From Bryobacterales bacterium (GTDB lineage: Bacteria; Acidobacteriota; Terriglobia; Bryobacterales; UBA6623): a stretch of DNA of 64,000 nt. Within the stretch, counting starts at the first letter, position 1; every line of letters begins with the position of its first letter. The position numbers and the translations under genes were made by a program. A model generated the notes under the pieces. The model saw nothing but the letters and a program-made list of their open reading frames with translations, ran no database searches and was not told the DNA's origin. This document shows, piece after piece, positions 42,181-50,477 of this stretch. Location of the stretch: the NCBI GenBank assembly GCA_965204095.1, contig OZ241991.1, forward strand, positions 2,376,720 to 2,440,719, written 5' to 3'.

Positions 42181-42858
42181 TTGGCGGAGTTCTCCGACAG
42201 GTTAGTTGATAACAGCCAGCGTGCGGCCTCACCGGATGCGTCCATCGGGGCGGACCCGTTCGATGCAGTTCCTGCGCCAAGCTCCTCGAAGCGTTACAGC
42301 CGAGGCCTCAGATACTGCCTCTCTTCGCTGCCGGACTCAGAGCACCGCCAAGTGCTTGACCTGGGCGGCCTGAGCGAATCGAGTGTCAGTTTCCTCAGCT
42401 CCCTGGGTTGCAGAATCCACGCGCTTGACTTGCTATCGTTGTTCGACGCTTATCAGGAGAAATTGCCGGGACAAAGGTTTAGTCCCGTCGACGCCAAATC
42501 ATTCATCAACGAATATCTCGGATACTCACCCGCGACCTTTGACATCATCCTCGTCTGGGATGTGATCGAATTCTTTGACACGGAAGTGCTCAAGCTTGCC
42601 GTGTCTCAATTCGGCCGGATTTTGCAACCCGGCGGGTCGCTGTTAACCTTTTTTCACACCAGGTCAAAGGGGATGCCTGTCACGGCGAACCAGTATCAGA
42701 TCGAAGATGCAGACCATCTCCGGCTCCGGGAACGGCATCGGAGGCCGCTGTCCCATACCTTCAATAACCGAAGTCTGGAGCGACTGTTCGGCGGTTTCGG
42801 TTCGCTGAAGTTTTTTTTGACACACGACAGCATCCGAGAGGTAATCGTAATACGCTGA
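42181..42858 (+). CDS. Class I SAM-dependent methyltransferase
   Basis: VLDLGG (motif I), FDIILVWDVIEF, LQPGGSLLTFF. TTG start, so the N-terminus is uncertain. Confidence 0.6.
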   Translation: MAEFSDRLVDNSQRAASPDASIGADPFDAVPAPSSSKRYSRGLRYCLSSLPDSEHRQVLDLGGLSESSVSFLSSLGCRIHALDLLSLFDAYQEKLPGQRFSPVDAKSFINEYLGYSPATFDIILVWDVIEFFDTEVLKLAVSQFGRILQPGGSLLTFFHTRSKGMPVTANQYQIEDADHLRLRERHRRPLSHTFNNRSLERLFGGFGSLKFFLTHDSIREVIVIR

Positions 42859-42876
42859 CCTGCGTCATACAGGTTA

Positions 42877-43881
42877 GTGGAGCACGCGTTCCCCAGAATC
42901 CGGCTTCTGTTTCTTCTGGCGATCACTGTTTCGCCGGACCTCCCGGCAGCAGCATCGGACAGAATCGATGATCGCGTCCTCGGGCACGATCACTTCTATA
43001 ACCTCGAGTACGAGGAAGCGATTGAAGCGAACCGTCGGCTCGTTTCACAACAGCCGGATGATTCGTCTGCGCACAATCGCTTAGCGACAGCGATTCTTTA
43101 CAAAGAGCTGCTGCGACTGGGCAAGCTGGAAACAAAGGCTTTCAAAGGAGATACTCAATTTCATGCCTGGGAGAAGCCAAACGCCGATCCCAAGGTCTGG
43201 AACGAATTCAAGGGCGTTTTGCTGCGTGGACGGCAGATCGCCGAAGACATACTCGCGGCGGACCCACAAGATGTCAAAGCCCTTTATGCGCTGTCAACCA
43301 ACCATGCGCTCGAGAGCACCTATCAATTCATGGTGCGCACATCGTATTTCAGAGCACTGCGGAGCAGTAACCGCGCGGACAGGCATAGCCGTGAATCGAT
43401 CAAAACTCATCCCGAGTTCATCGACGGCTATCTCATCGCAGGCACACACGAATATGTCGTTGGCAACCTACCCTGGGCTTTGCGATTCATGGTGGCTGTC
43501 GGGGGTGTGCGAGGTAGCAAGAAGAAGGGGGAGGAATACGTTCGACTTGTCGCCGAGAACGGCGATTTGGCGCGAGACTCTGCCCGTGCCTTGCTTGTGC
43601 TGTTGCTGCGCCGCGAGCAGAGGCCTCTCGAAGCCGTTCCAGTTCTCGAGGGCATCATCCGCGATTTTCCACGCAACTACCTCATGCATCTCGAGCTTGC
43701 CGGGCTATATGAAAATGCCGGTCAAGAAAACACGGCGCTCGACATCTTCCGAAATATACAGGACAAAGTGAAGACGAACACGGACCGCTTCGGACGCATG
43801 CCCACGCGAGTGCAAGAAGCGCTCGCCCGCCGAATCGCGAAAGTCGAAAGGGACATGGGAGTCAGGTCCGGCGGCTCATAG
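42877..43881 (+). CDS. TPR-like repeat protein with signal peptide
   Basis: GTG start, hydrophobic leader LLFLLAITVSPDLPAAA, and helical-repeat composition. Confidence 0.5.
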   Translation: MEHAFPRIRLLFLLAITVSPDLPAAASDRIDDRVLGHDHFYNLEYEEAIEANRRLVSQQPDDSSAHNRLATAILYKELLRLGKLETKAFKGDTQFHAWEKPNADPKVWNEFKGVLLRGRQIAEDILAADPQDVKALYALSTNHALESTYQFMVRTSYFRALRSSNRADRHSRESIKTHPEFIDGYLIAGTHEYVVGNLPWALRFMVAVGGVRGSKKKGEEYVRLVAENGDLARDSARALLVLLLRREQRPLEAVPVLEGIIRDFPRNYLMHLELAGLYENAGQENTALDIFRNIQDKVKTNTDRFGRMPTRVQEALARRIAKVERDMGVRSGGS

Positions 43882-43948
43882 CACAGCCAATCGCCAACTC
43901 TTCCATGGCCTCGCCCTCATCTCTCGAGTCGGCGACCCATTCACACAC

Positions 43949-44131
43949 TAGCCTGCATTTCTCACCACCCGACGGCCGAAGCACACCATACGGCCGCCAT
44001 GACTTCGTTGCGCTTGCTTGCCGTGCTCAACGTACTGTTCAAGTACGCCTGCGCGCGCCAAGCGGCGCGCGCCTCGTCCTGACGGCCCTCTCACGCACTT
44101 CGCCTCGCCACGTGGTGAGAAATGCAGGCTA
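43949..44131 (+). mobile_element. MITE-like repeat, short variant (copy 9)
   Basis: Both TIRs are complete (TAGCCTGCATTTCTCACCAC / GTGGTGAGAAATGCAGGCTA). It lies between a TPR gene and the argR stop. Confidence 0.85.
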
Positions 44132-44199
44132 GGACTCCTGTGAGCCACATTGATCAACCCAAGCAGGATTGTTCCTGCCTTTCGTATTGAGGAGGGGAT

Positions 44200-44646
44200 T
44201 CACACCTGCCAGAAGGCTGCCAGTTTCCGCATCACCCGCTTCGCGTGTTGCGGGCTGCTTGCCGCGGCGAAAATGGTGTTGTCACCAGCGATCGTTCCTA
44301 CTATGCCGAGGTCGGTTTCGAAGTCCAATGCTTCAGCGACCGTTCCCGCGCTTCCGGGGAGCGTCTTGACAACGACGAGGTTGCTGGCGAGCTGAAGGTC
44401 GCGGACGAGCTTTCCCAGAACCCGCCGCAACGTATCGCGGTTTGCTTCTGAGGGCTGGAGCACGTCGCGCTCGCGGTAGCCCTCACGGGTCTTGACAACG
44501 CCCAATTCCCGCAGATCGCGGGAGAGCGTTCCCTGGCTGGCTTGGACACCGACGGACTTCAGGAGTCTAGAAAGGTTTTGCTGCGTGGTGACGGACCGGG
44601 AGCGTAGTATCTTTTGAATCTGCGCTTGCCGGAACGTCTTGGTCAT
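44200..44646 (-). CDS. argR: Arginine repressor
   Basis: 148 aa with a winged-helix N-terminus (RQAQIQKILRSRSVTTQQNLSRLLKSVGVQASQGTLSRDLRELG) and the ArgR C-terminal domain (GTIAGDNTIF). Confidence 0.85.
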   Translation of the reverse strand: MTKTFRQAQIQKILRSRSVTTQQNLSRLLKSVGVQASQGTLSRDLRELGVVKTREGYRERDVLQPSEANRDTLRRVLGKLVRDLQLASNLVVVKTLPGSAGTVAEALDFETDLGIVGTIAGDNTIFAAASSPQHAKRVMRKLAAFWQV

Positions 44647-46031
44647 TGTGTGCGCCGCATCGCCTCCAGACGCTTGTCGGCTTCTTCGAGCGCATCGAGA
44701 AGTACGGAGGAGGCCGTACCGCCGGGAACGACGTGATTGCTCAGCGCACTCCGCGCCGTGAGAAGATCGCGCGCCTTGTCGTCGAACTCAGAGGCGATCT
44801 CCTTCAGCTCATCCGTCGTCCAGTCCTGGGGTCTGTTGCCGGTGCGAACGCTCTCGAGTACAAGCTTGCCTACGATCTGATGGGCGCGGTGGAAGGGGAC
44901 TCCTTTTTTCGACAACTCCTCCGCGAGCGCCGTCGCGGATACCCAGCTTTCATCAGCCGCAGCTTCCATGCGGTCAGGATGGATGGCGGCAGTCTGAACG
45001 GTAAGCTTCATGACAGCCAGGCAGCCGGAGAGCTGCGCGGCGGCGTCAAAGACAGGTTCCTTGTCTTCTTGCAAGTCTCGGTTGTAGGAGAGAGGGAGAC
45101 CCTTGAGCGTCATCATCAGTGAAAGCAGGCTCCCGCTGACGCGTCCGGATTTGCCGCGCACCAACTCGCAGGAATCGGGGTTCTTTTTCTGGGGCATCAG
45201 GCTGGAACCGCTGGTGACTTCGTCGCCCAGCTCGAGGAAGCCGAACTCCTCGCCGGAATAGAGAATCCAATCCTCGGCCAAGCGGCTGAGGTGGAGCATC
45301 GTGGAGGCCGCGGCGTAAAGAAAGTCCAAGGCGAAGTCGCGGTCGGAGACGGCATCGATGCTGTTGGCGGAAAGCTTACTGAAGCCCAGTTCGTCGGCCA
45401 TCGCCTGCCGGTCGAAGGGGAACCCGCTGCCGGCGAGCGCACCGCTGCCGAGAGGAAGAACGTCAGTGCGGCGATAGGCGTCGTCGAAGCGCTGCCAATC
45501 GCGTGCGAACATCTCGAAGTAAGCCAGCAAATAGTGAGCCCATAAGACAGGCTGGGCGCGCCGCAAGTGCGTGTAGCCGGGAAGCAAAGCGTCGGGCTCG
45601 CGCATTGCGAAGTCGAGCAGCACGCCCATCAACCCCACGAGAAGCTCCTGGATGGCATTGATTTCGGTCTTCATCCAGAGGCGGAAGTCGGTGGCGACTT
45701 GCTCGTTGCGGCTGCGCCCGGTGTGGATCTTTTGGCTCAAGGCGCCAGCCTTCTCGTCGAGCTTTCGAATGACGAAGGTGTGAATGTCTTCGTCTTGCGC
45801 CTCGCCGAACATATCTGCTTCTCGCGCTTCCGAAAGGATTTCGTCGAATGCTCGGTGAACGATCTCGCGCTCCTCGCAGGTGAGGATACCAACACTCGCC
45901 AAAGCCGAAGCGAATGCTTTTGAACCGAGGATGTCGGCCTCGAGGAGCCTGCGGTCAAAATCCAACGAGCCGGAGAACTGTTCGAACAGCTCGGCCGGAC
46001 CATGCTCGAATCGACCGCCCCAAAGCTTCAT
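44643..46031 (-). CDS. argH: Argininosuccinate lyase
   Basis: MKLWGGRF..., the SSLMPQKKNPD fumarate-lyase signature. Its start overlaps the argG stop. Confidence 0.9.
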   Translation of the reverse strand: MKLWGGRFEHGPAELFEQFSGSLDFDRRLLEADILGSKAFASALASVGILTCEEREIVHRAFDEILSEAREADMFGEAQDEDIHTFVIRKLDEKAGALSQKIHTGRSRNEQVATDFRLWMKTEINAIQELLVGLMGVLLDFAMREPDALLPGYTHLRRAQPVLWAHYLLAYFEMFARDWQRFDDAYRRTDVLPLGSGALAGSGFPFDRQAMADELGFSKLSANSIDAVSDRDFALDFLYAAASTMLHLSRLAEDWILYSGEEFGFLELGDEVTSGSSLMPQKKNPDSCELVRGKSGRVSGSLLSLMMTLKGLPLSYNRDLQEDKEPVFDAAAQLSGCLAVMKLTVQTAAIHPDRMEAAADESWVSATALAEELSKKGVPFHRAHQIVGKLVLESVRTGNRPQDWTTDELKEIASEFDDKARDLLTARSALSNHVVPGGTASSVLLDALEEADKRLEAMRRTQ

Positions 46032-47248
46032 GATTCATCCACGCCGGTCATCACACGTGAGCGAGATTCGATCGGCAGGCCGATCAGGTTGATGAAGCCA
46101 CGCGCGTCCTTCGGTTCGTAGTCTGCGCCCATGGTGAAGCTGGCGATGTCGAGTGAGTAGAGCGAATACGGTGACGTACGGCTGAGCACATCGATGCGGC
46201 CCTTGTGGAGCCGCAAGGTGACTTCGCCAGAGACATTCTCCTGGGTTTTATTGACGAAAGAGTCGAGCGCCTCACGGAGAGGCGTGAACCACAGCCCGTT
46301 GTACACAAGATCGGCGTAGTCAAGTGCGAGTTTCCGCTTGCAATGAGCTGTGGCTCGATCAAGCGTGAGCGCCTCGAGCTCGCGATGGGCCGTCATGATG
46401 GAAGAGCCGCCGGGCGTCTCGTAGCAGCCGCGCGACTTCATTCCGACAAAGCGGTTTTCGACCAGATCGACTCGGCCCACTCCGTTTTCGGCGCCAAGGC
46501 GGTTCAGATTCGTAAGAAGATCGGCCGCGCCAAGCGCCTCGCCGTCGATCGATACCGGGTTCCCTTTTTCGAAGCCGATCGTCACTTCGGCGGGCTCGTC
46601 GGGGGCGTTGTCCGGATCGACCGACCACGTCCAGACGGAGTGGCTTGGCGAGTTGACCGGATCCTCCAGTTCGCCGCCCTCATGGGAGAGATGCCAGAGA
46701 TTGCGGTCGCGGCTATAGATCTTGGCTTTTGTGGCATCAATCGGAACGTTGTGCGACTGGGCGTAGTCGATGGCGTCCTCGCGGGATTGGATGTCCCAGA
46801 TTCGCCAAGGAGCGATGACCTTCAGATGGGGTGCGAGAGCCTTGTAGGTCAGCTCGAAACGGACCTGGTCGTTGCCTTTTCCGGTGCAGCCGTGGCAGAG
46901 GGCGTCGCAGCCGGTTTCGAGTGCGACCTCGACTTGCCGTTTCGCCAACAGAGGCCGGGCGATCGAAGTACCAAGCAGGTACTTGTCTTCATAGACCGCA
47001 CCCGCGCGCACCACCGGCCATACATAGTCGCGCACGAACTCTTCCTGCATGTCGTCGACAAAGATATCGGAAGCGCCGCTGTCCTTGGCCTTCCGCTGAA
47101 TACCAGCCAACTCCTCGTCACCCTGGCCGATGTCGCCGCACACAGCGACTACCTCGCAGTCGTACTGCTCACGCAACCAAGGAATGATGATGGATGTATC
47201 AAGGCCCCCGGAATAGGCGAGGGCGATTTTTTTCGGGTTTGTCTCCAT
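46028..47248 (-). CDS. argG: Argininosuccinate synthase
   Basis: KIALAYSGGLDTS ATP-binding motif, GCTGKGNDQVRFE. Confidence 0.9.
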   Translation of the reverse strand: METNPKKIALAYSGGLDTSIIIPWLREQYDCEVVAVCGDIGQGDEELAGIQRKAKDSGASDIFVDDMQEEFVRDYVWPVVRAGAVYEDKYLLGTSIARPLLAKRQVEVALETGCDALCHGCTGKGNDQVRFELTYKALAPHLKVIAPWRIWDIQSREDAIDYAQSHNVPIDATKAKIYSRDRNLWHLSHEGGELEDPVNSPSHSVWTWSVDPDNAPDEPAEVTIGFEKGNPVSIDGEALGAADLLTNLNRLGAENGVGRVDLVENRFVGMKSRGCYETPGGSSIMTAHRELEALTLDRATAHCKRKLALDYADLVYNGLWFTPLREALDSFVNKTQENVSGEVTLRLHKGRIDVLSRTSPYSLYSLDIASFTMGADYEPKDARGFINLIGLPIESRSRVMTGVDES

Positions 47249-47343
47249 GGCAACCTGTGCTTCACATGACAGTAGAAGATTTATTTTGCTTTGCCATCTC
47301 GAAAGAATCGCCGGGAAGGCTCGTTTATCGCCACCGTGAGCCT

Positions 47344-48309
47344 TCAGCCATCCTCCTCGGTCAAGAACATCAGCAATAGAGCCTTCTGGGCATGTAACCG
47401 GTTCTCGGCTTGATCAAACACGACCGATAAGGGCGACTCGATCACGGAGTCGGTCACCTCTTCTCCGCGAGACGCCGGGAGGCAATGCATAAAAACCGCG
47501 TTGGAAGCCGCGTGCGACATCAGTTCGTCATCGACTTGAAAATCGGCAAAGGCGGCACGGCGTTGGTGCGTCTCGGCTTCCCAACCCATGCTTGTCCAGA
47601 GGTCGGTGTAGACCACCGAGACACCCGATACGGCTTCGCGCGGGTCGAACGAAAGCTCGACCTTGGCAGAGGACGTCCGCGCCAACTCGCAAGCCCTCGT
47701 GACGACTTCAGGATCAGGTCCATACTCGGGTGGAGTCGCCACGGTGAGTGACACCCCCAGTCGAGCGGCGCATAACAGAAGAGAATGGCAGACATTGTTG
47801 CCATCACCGACGAAGGCCATCTTGAGGCCTTCGAGTTGGCCAAAGCGTTGCGTCAAGGTCTGAAAGTCCGCGATCGCCTGGCAGGGATGAAATTTGCCAC
47901 TCAGCGCATTGATGACGGGGACCGACGACCATTGTGACAACTGTTCGAGGGTCTCTTGCTTGAACGTGCGGGCCACGATCGCATCCACCCAGCGGTCCAG
48001 ATTCCGCGCGATGTCCTTGACCGGCTCGCGCTCGCCGATGCGGCCGTCACGGTGATCCTGGAACACGGTAAAGCCCCCCAGTTGCTGGATGGCGAGCTCG
48101 AAGGTCAGTCGGGTGCGCAGCGACGGTTTTTCAAACAGTAGTGCGATCGATCGCCCGGTCAAGCTTGCTGCGTAGTCGCGCGGCGCACTCTTGACTCTGG
48201 AAGCCAGCCCAATCAGCGCTTGCAACTCTTCCGCGGTCAGGTCCGTGTCCGTAAGCAAGTGCGGGGCCTGTATTGATTGAACGGGGCTCTTGCTTACAGC
48301 GGAGGTCAT
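47344..48309 (-). CDS. argF: Ornithine carbamoyltransferase
   Basis: SLRTR carbamoyl-phosphate motif, HPCQAIAD, DLWTSMG, HCLPASRGEEV. Confidence 0.85.
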   Translation of the reverse strand: MTSAVSKSPVQSIQAPHLLTDTDLTAEELQALIGLASRVKSAPRDYAASLTGRSIALLFEKPSLRTRLTFELAIQQLGGFTVFQDHRDGRIGEREPVKDIARNLDRWVDAIVARTFKQETLEQLSQWSSVPVINALSGKFHPCQAIADFQTLTQRFGQLEGLKMAFVGDGNNVCHSLLLCAARLGVSLTVATPPEYGPDPEVVTRACELARTSSAKVELSFDPREAVSGVSVVYTDLWTSMGWEAETHQRRAAFADFQVDDELMSHAASNAVFMHCLPASRGEEVTDSVIESPLSVVFDQAENRLHAQKALLLMFLTEEDG

Positions 48310-48325
48310 GGGATCAGCCAGCGGC

Positions 48326-48368
48326 CAGAATTAATAAATTGACGCTGTAATGAATAATTACACATTCA
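48326..48368. promoter_or_regulatory. Candidate tandem ARG boxes (ArgR operator) upstream of argF
   Basis: This is the only AT-rich stretch in the region: AGAATTAATAAATTGAC-GC-TGTAATGAATAATTACACA. The second half fits wNTGAATwwwwATTCAnw at about 12/14 core positions. The first half fits less well. Confidence 0.3.
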
Positions 48369-48442
48369 AGCCCGCATTGCAAGCGCCTCTTGGTGGAGCG
48401 TGACAGATGCGGGACGCCGCGCCGTCGAGGACCGTCAGCTCT

Positions 48443-49744
48443 TCATGCCTCAGTGATCTGGTCAAGCAGGTCGTAGAACTCGGGAAAGGAAACGGATGCG
48501 GCATCGGCGTTTCGCAGTTCGGACTCGCCATTCGCCTTCAGGGCAGCGACCGCAAAGGCCATAGCAATTCGATGGTCGCCGAATGAATCAAGCCGAGATG
48601 CGCGGAAGGATTGCCGGCCGGGGATGCGCAGGCCATCGGGATCGACCTCTGCAAGCACACCCATGCGCGCAAGGTTGTCGGCGACGGTGGTAATGCGGTC
48701 CGTCTCTTTCAGCCGCAGTTCGCCGGCATCGCGGATGATCAAGCCGTCTGCACTGGCTGCTCCGAGCACAGCGAGCATCGGGATTTCATCGATCACTGCG
48801 GCGGTCATGTCTCCTTCGATGACTCCGCCTTGCAGCGGCGCCTGTCGGGCCGACTCAGGTCCGCAAACAAGGATTTCCCCAATCGGCTCGCCATACTTGC
48901 AGCGACGATCGAGGATTCTGATGTCGGCGCCCATCCCGCGGAGCACGTCGAGCAGGGAGGTCCGTGTCGGGTTGAGCCCGAGGCCTTCGATCTTCAACTC
49001 GGAGCCGGGGAGCAGCAAGGCGGCGCCAATGAAGAACGCGGAGGAGGAGATGTCGCCCGGCACCGTTAGTTCCCGAGCGGTCAACCTGGGTTGACCGAGG
49101 AGGCGGATTTCGTTGCCTTCGACCTCGACATCGGCTCCGAACTCGCCGAGGGCGATTTCGGAATGGTCTCGCACAGGCAGGGGCTCGCGCAGGCTGGTCC
49201 ATCCGGGTGCGGACAGGGCGGCGAAGAGAACGGCGGTCTTGACCTGGGCACTAGCAACAGGGAGGTCGTAGTCGATGGCGTTGAGCCCGCCTCCGAGGAT
49301 GCTGAGGGGAGGGAAGTTGCCCTCGCGGGCATCGATGCGGGCGCCCATCTGCTCGAGCGGAGTGATGATGCGCTTCATGGGCCTCCGGGAGAGTGATTCA
49401 TCACCGGTTATTTCCGAGATGAATGGTTGCCCCGCGAGGATCCCGGAGAGCATTCGAATCGTCGAACCGGAGTTGCCGGCATCGAGTATCCCGGCCGGGG
49501 CCTTGAGCCCGGAGAGGCCGCCTCCTTCGACGATCACCTCGTTCCCGTCGCGGTCTACTGGAACGCTCAAACTGCGGAGGCATTCGAGCGTTGCGGCGCA
49601 ATCGGCGCCGGTGGAATAGTTTCGGATGACGCTGCGGCCCTCGGCGACGGCGGCCAGCATGGCATAGCGATGGGAGATCGACTTGTCACCGGGGAGCCAG
49701 ATGCGACCCCTTACGGAGCGGGCTGGTTGCAGTTTGCGCGTCAT
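48443..49744 (-). CDS. aroA: 3-phosphoshikimate 1-carboxyvinyltransferase (EPSP synthase)
   Basis: LPGDKSISHRYAMLAA, GNSGSTIRML, and EPSP synthase-like sequence throughout. Confidence 0.9.
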   Translation of the reverse strand: MTRKLQPARSVRGRIWLPGDKSISHRYAMLAAVAEGRSVIRNYSTGADCAATLECLRSLSVPVDRDGNEVIVEGGGLSGLKAPAGILDAGNSGSTIRMLSGILAGQPFISEITGDESLSRRPMKRIITPLEQMGARIDAREGNFPPLSILGGGLNAIDYDLPVASAQVKTAVLFAALSAPGWTSLREPLPVRDHSEIALGEFGADVEVEGNEIRLLGQPRLTARELTVPGDISSSAFFIGAALLLPGSELKIEGLGLNPTRTSLLDVLRGMGADIRILDRRCKYGEPIGEILVCGPESARQAPLQGGVIEGDMTAAVIDEIPMLAVLGAASADGLIIRDAGELRLKETDRITTVADNLARMGVLAEVDPDGLRIPGRQSFRASRLDSFGDHRIAMAFAVAALKANGESELRNADAASVSFPEFYDLLDQITEA

Positions 49745-49754
49745 CGGGAAACGG

Positions 49755-50156
49755 CTATTGTGGGGCCTTCACCGCCCGCGATGCGAGACGGCGAACGAAG
49801 TCTACGTCGCCGTCGAGGAAGTCAAACGCCGGCAGGTCACTGCGTTGCGCCCAGCGAACCTCGGCGAACTGTTCATAGCACGGTTCGCCGTCGAAAGAAG
49901 TCACCGCGAAAAAGATCAGCTCAATCGGCTTACGTCCCGGGTATTCATAGTGGTAGCGCTCGATTTCCGAATCGATCCGCGCTTCGATCGACAGCTCTTC
50001 GCGCAACTCCCGCAGCAGCGCCTCGGCGGGCAGCTCGCCGTCTTCCAACTTGCCTCCCGGGAATTCCCACTTGCCGTCGAAATCCTGATCGGCGCGGCGG
50101 CGGCAGATAAGAACGCGGCCATCACGCTCGATGACAGCGGCAGCGACGGTAATCAT
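49755..50156 (-). CDS. NUDIX hydrolase (MutT-like nucleoside triphosphate pyrophosphohydrolase)
   Basis: Nudix box GKWEFPGGKLEDGELPAEALLRELREELSIE. Confidence 0.85.
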   Translation of the reverse strand: MITVAAAVIERDGRVLICRRRADQDFDGKWEFPGGKLEDGELPAEALLRELREELSIEARIDSEIERYHYEYPGRKPIELIFFAVTSFDGEPCYEQFAEVRWAQRSDLPAFDFLDGDVDFVRRLASRAVKAPQ

Positions 50157-50220
50157 GTCAGGACTGCACGGACGAGCAGAATCGGGGGCGGCGCGGGCGA
50201 CCCGCCCCTTGCGGCGTGAA

Positions 50221-50280
50221 CCCCAGGCGAGAAAGTCGTTCTTGAGCCCGGCGACCGGTCAGGGTTCGCCAGAGAACGCA
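50221..50280 (-). ncRNA. Candidate riboswitch-like element with ZTP (pfl)-like signatures
   Basis: The minus strand reads CGUUCU-CUGGCGAAC-CCUGACCGGUCGCCGGGCUCA-AGAACG-ACUUUCU-CGCCUGGGG. It has a 6-bp P1-like helix and a CUGGCGAAC J1/2-like box. A CGCCUGGG 3' box can pair GGCG:CGCC as a pseudoknot. The P2/J2-1 and P3 parts do not match what I recall of the consensus. Confidence 0.2.
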
Positions 50281-50477
50281 GACTCCAGGCTCGAGTACCG
50301 CCGGCCTGAAAGCACCGTCCTACCGTAGCCCCGAGGGGCCGGGTGCGAACGAGTTGCCTCCGGCTACGGATTGTAAAACAGAGTTCCCCCCGGGTTTCGA
50401 GCGGGGCTTGCATCTATTCCCCAGCCTGTCTTCCCAGGGTTCACACCGCGAAAGGCGGCCGCCCTGCACACTCAGTA

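Noticed and set aside
37600-43900. Lower-GC block (about 50-57%) covering DUF1501/PSCyt, bactofilin, methyltransferase and TPR genes, as a second island
   Set aside because: The estimate rests on a few hand-counted lines. The genes are typical chromosomal families, and there are no mobility genes, tRNA or decay. It needs a proper sliding-window analysis before any claim.
43905-44157. ORFs of 60-80 aa on both strands of every MITE copy (for example 43905..44132 +, 43948..44157 -, 36045..36236 +, 23046..23537 -)
   Set aside because: They recur only because the repeat recurs. Their starts and stops fall at different places in different copies, and there is no coding signal.
50250-50285. SRP (4.5S) RNA-like GGTCAGGGTTCGCCAGAGAACGCAG on the plus strand
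   Set aside because: It has a superficial similarity to GGUCAGGUCCGGAAGGAAGCAGC, but there is no GNAR tetraloop and no symmetric-loop pairing. The same bases are better explained by the minus-strand structure described in the findings.
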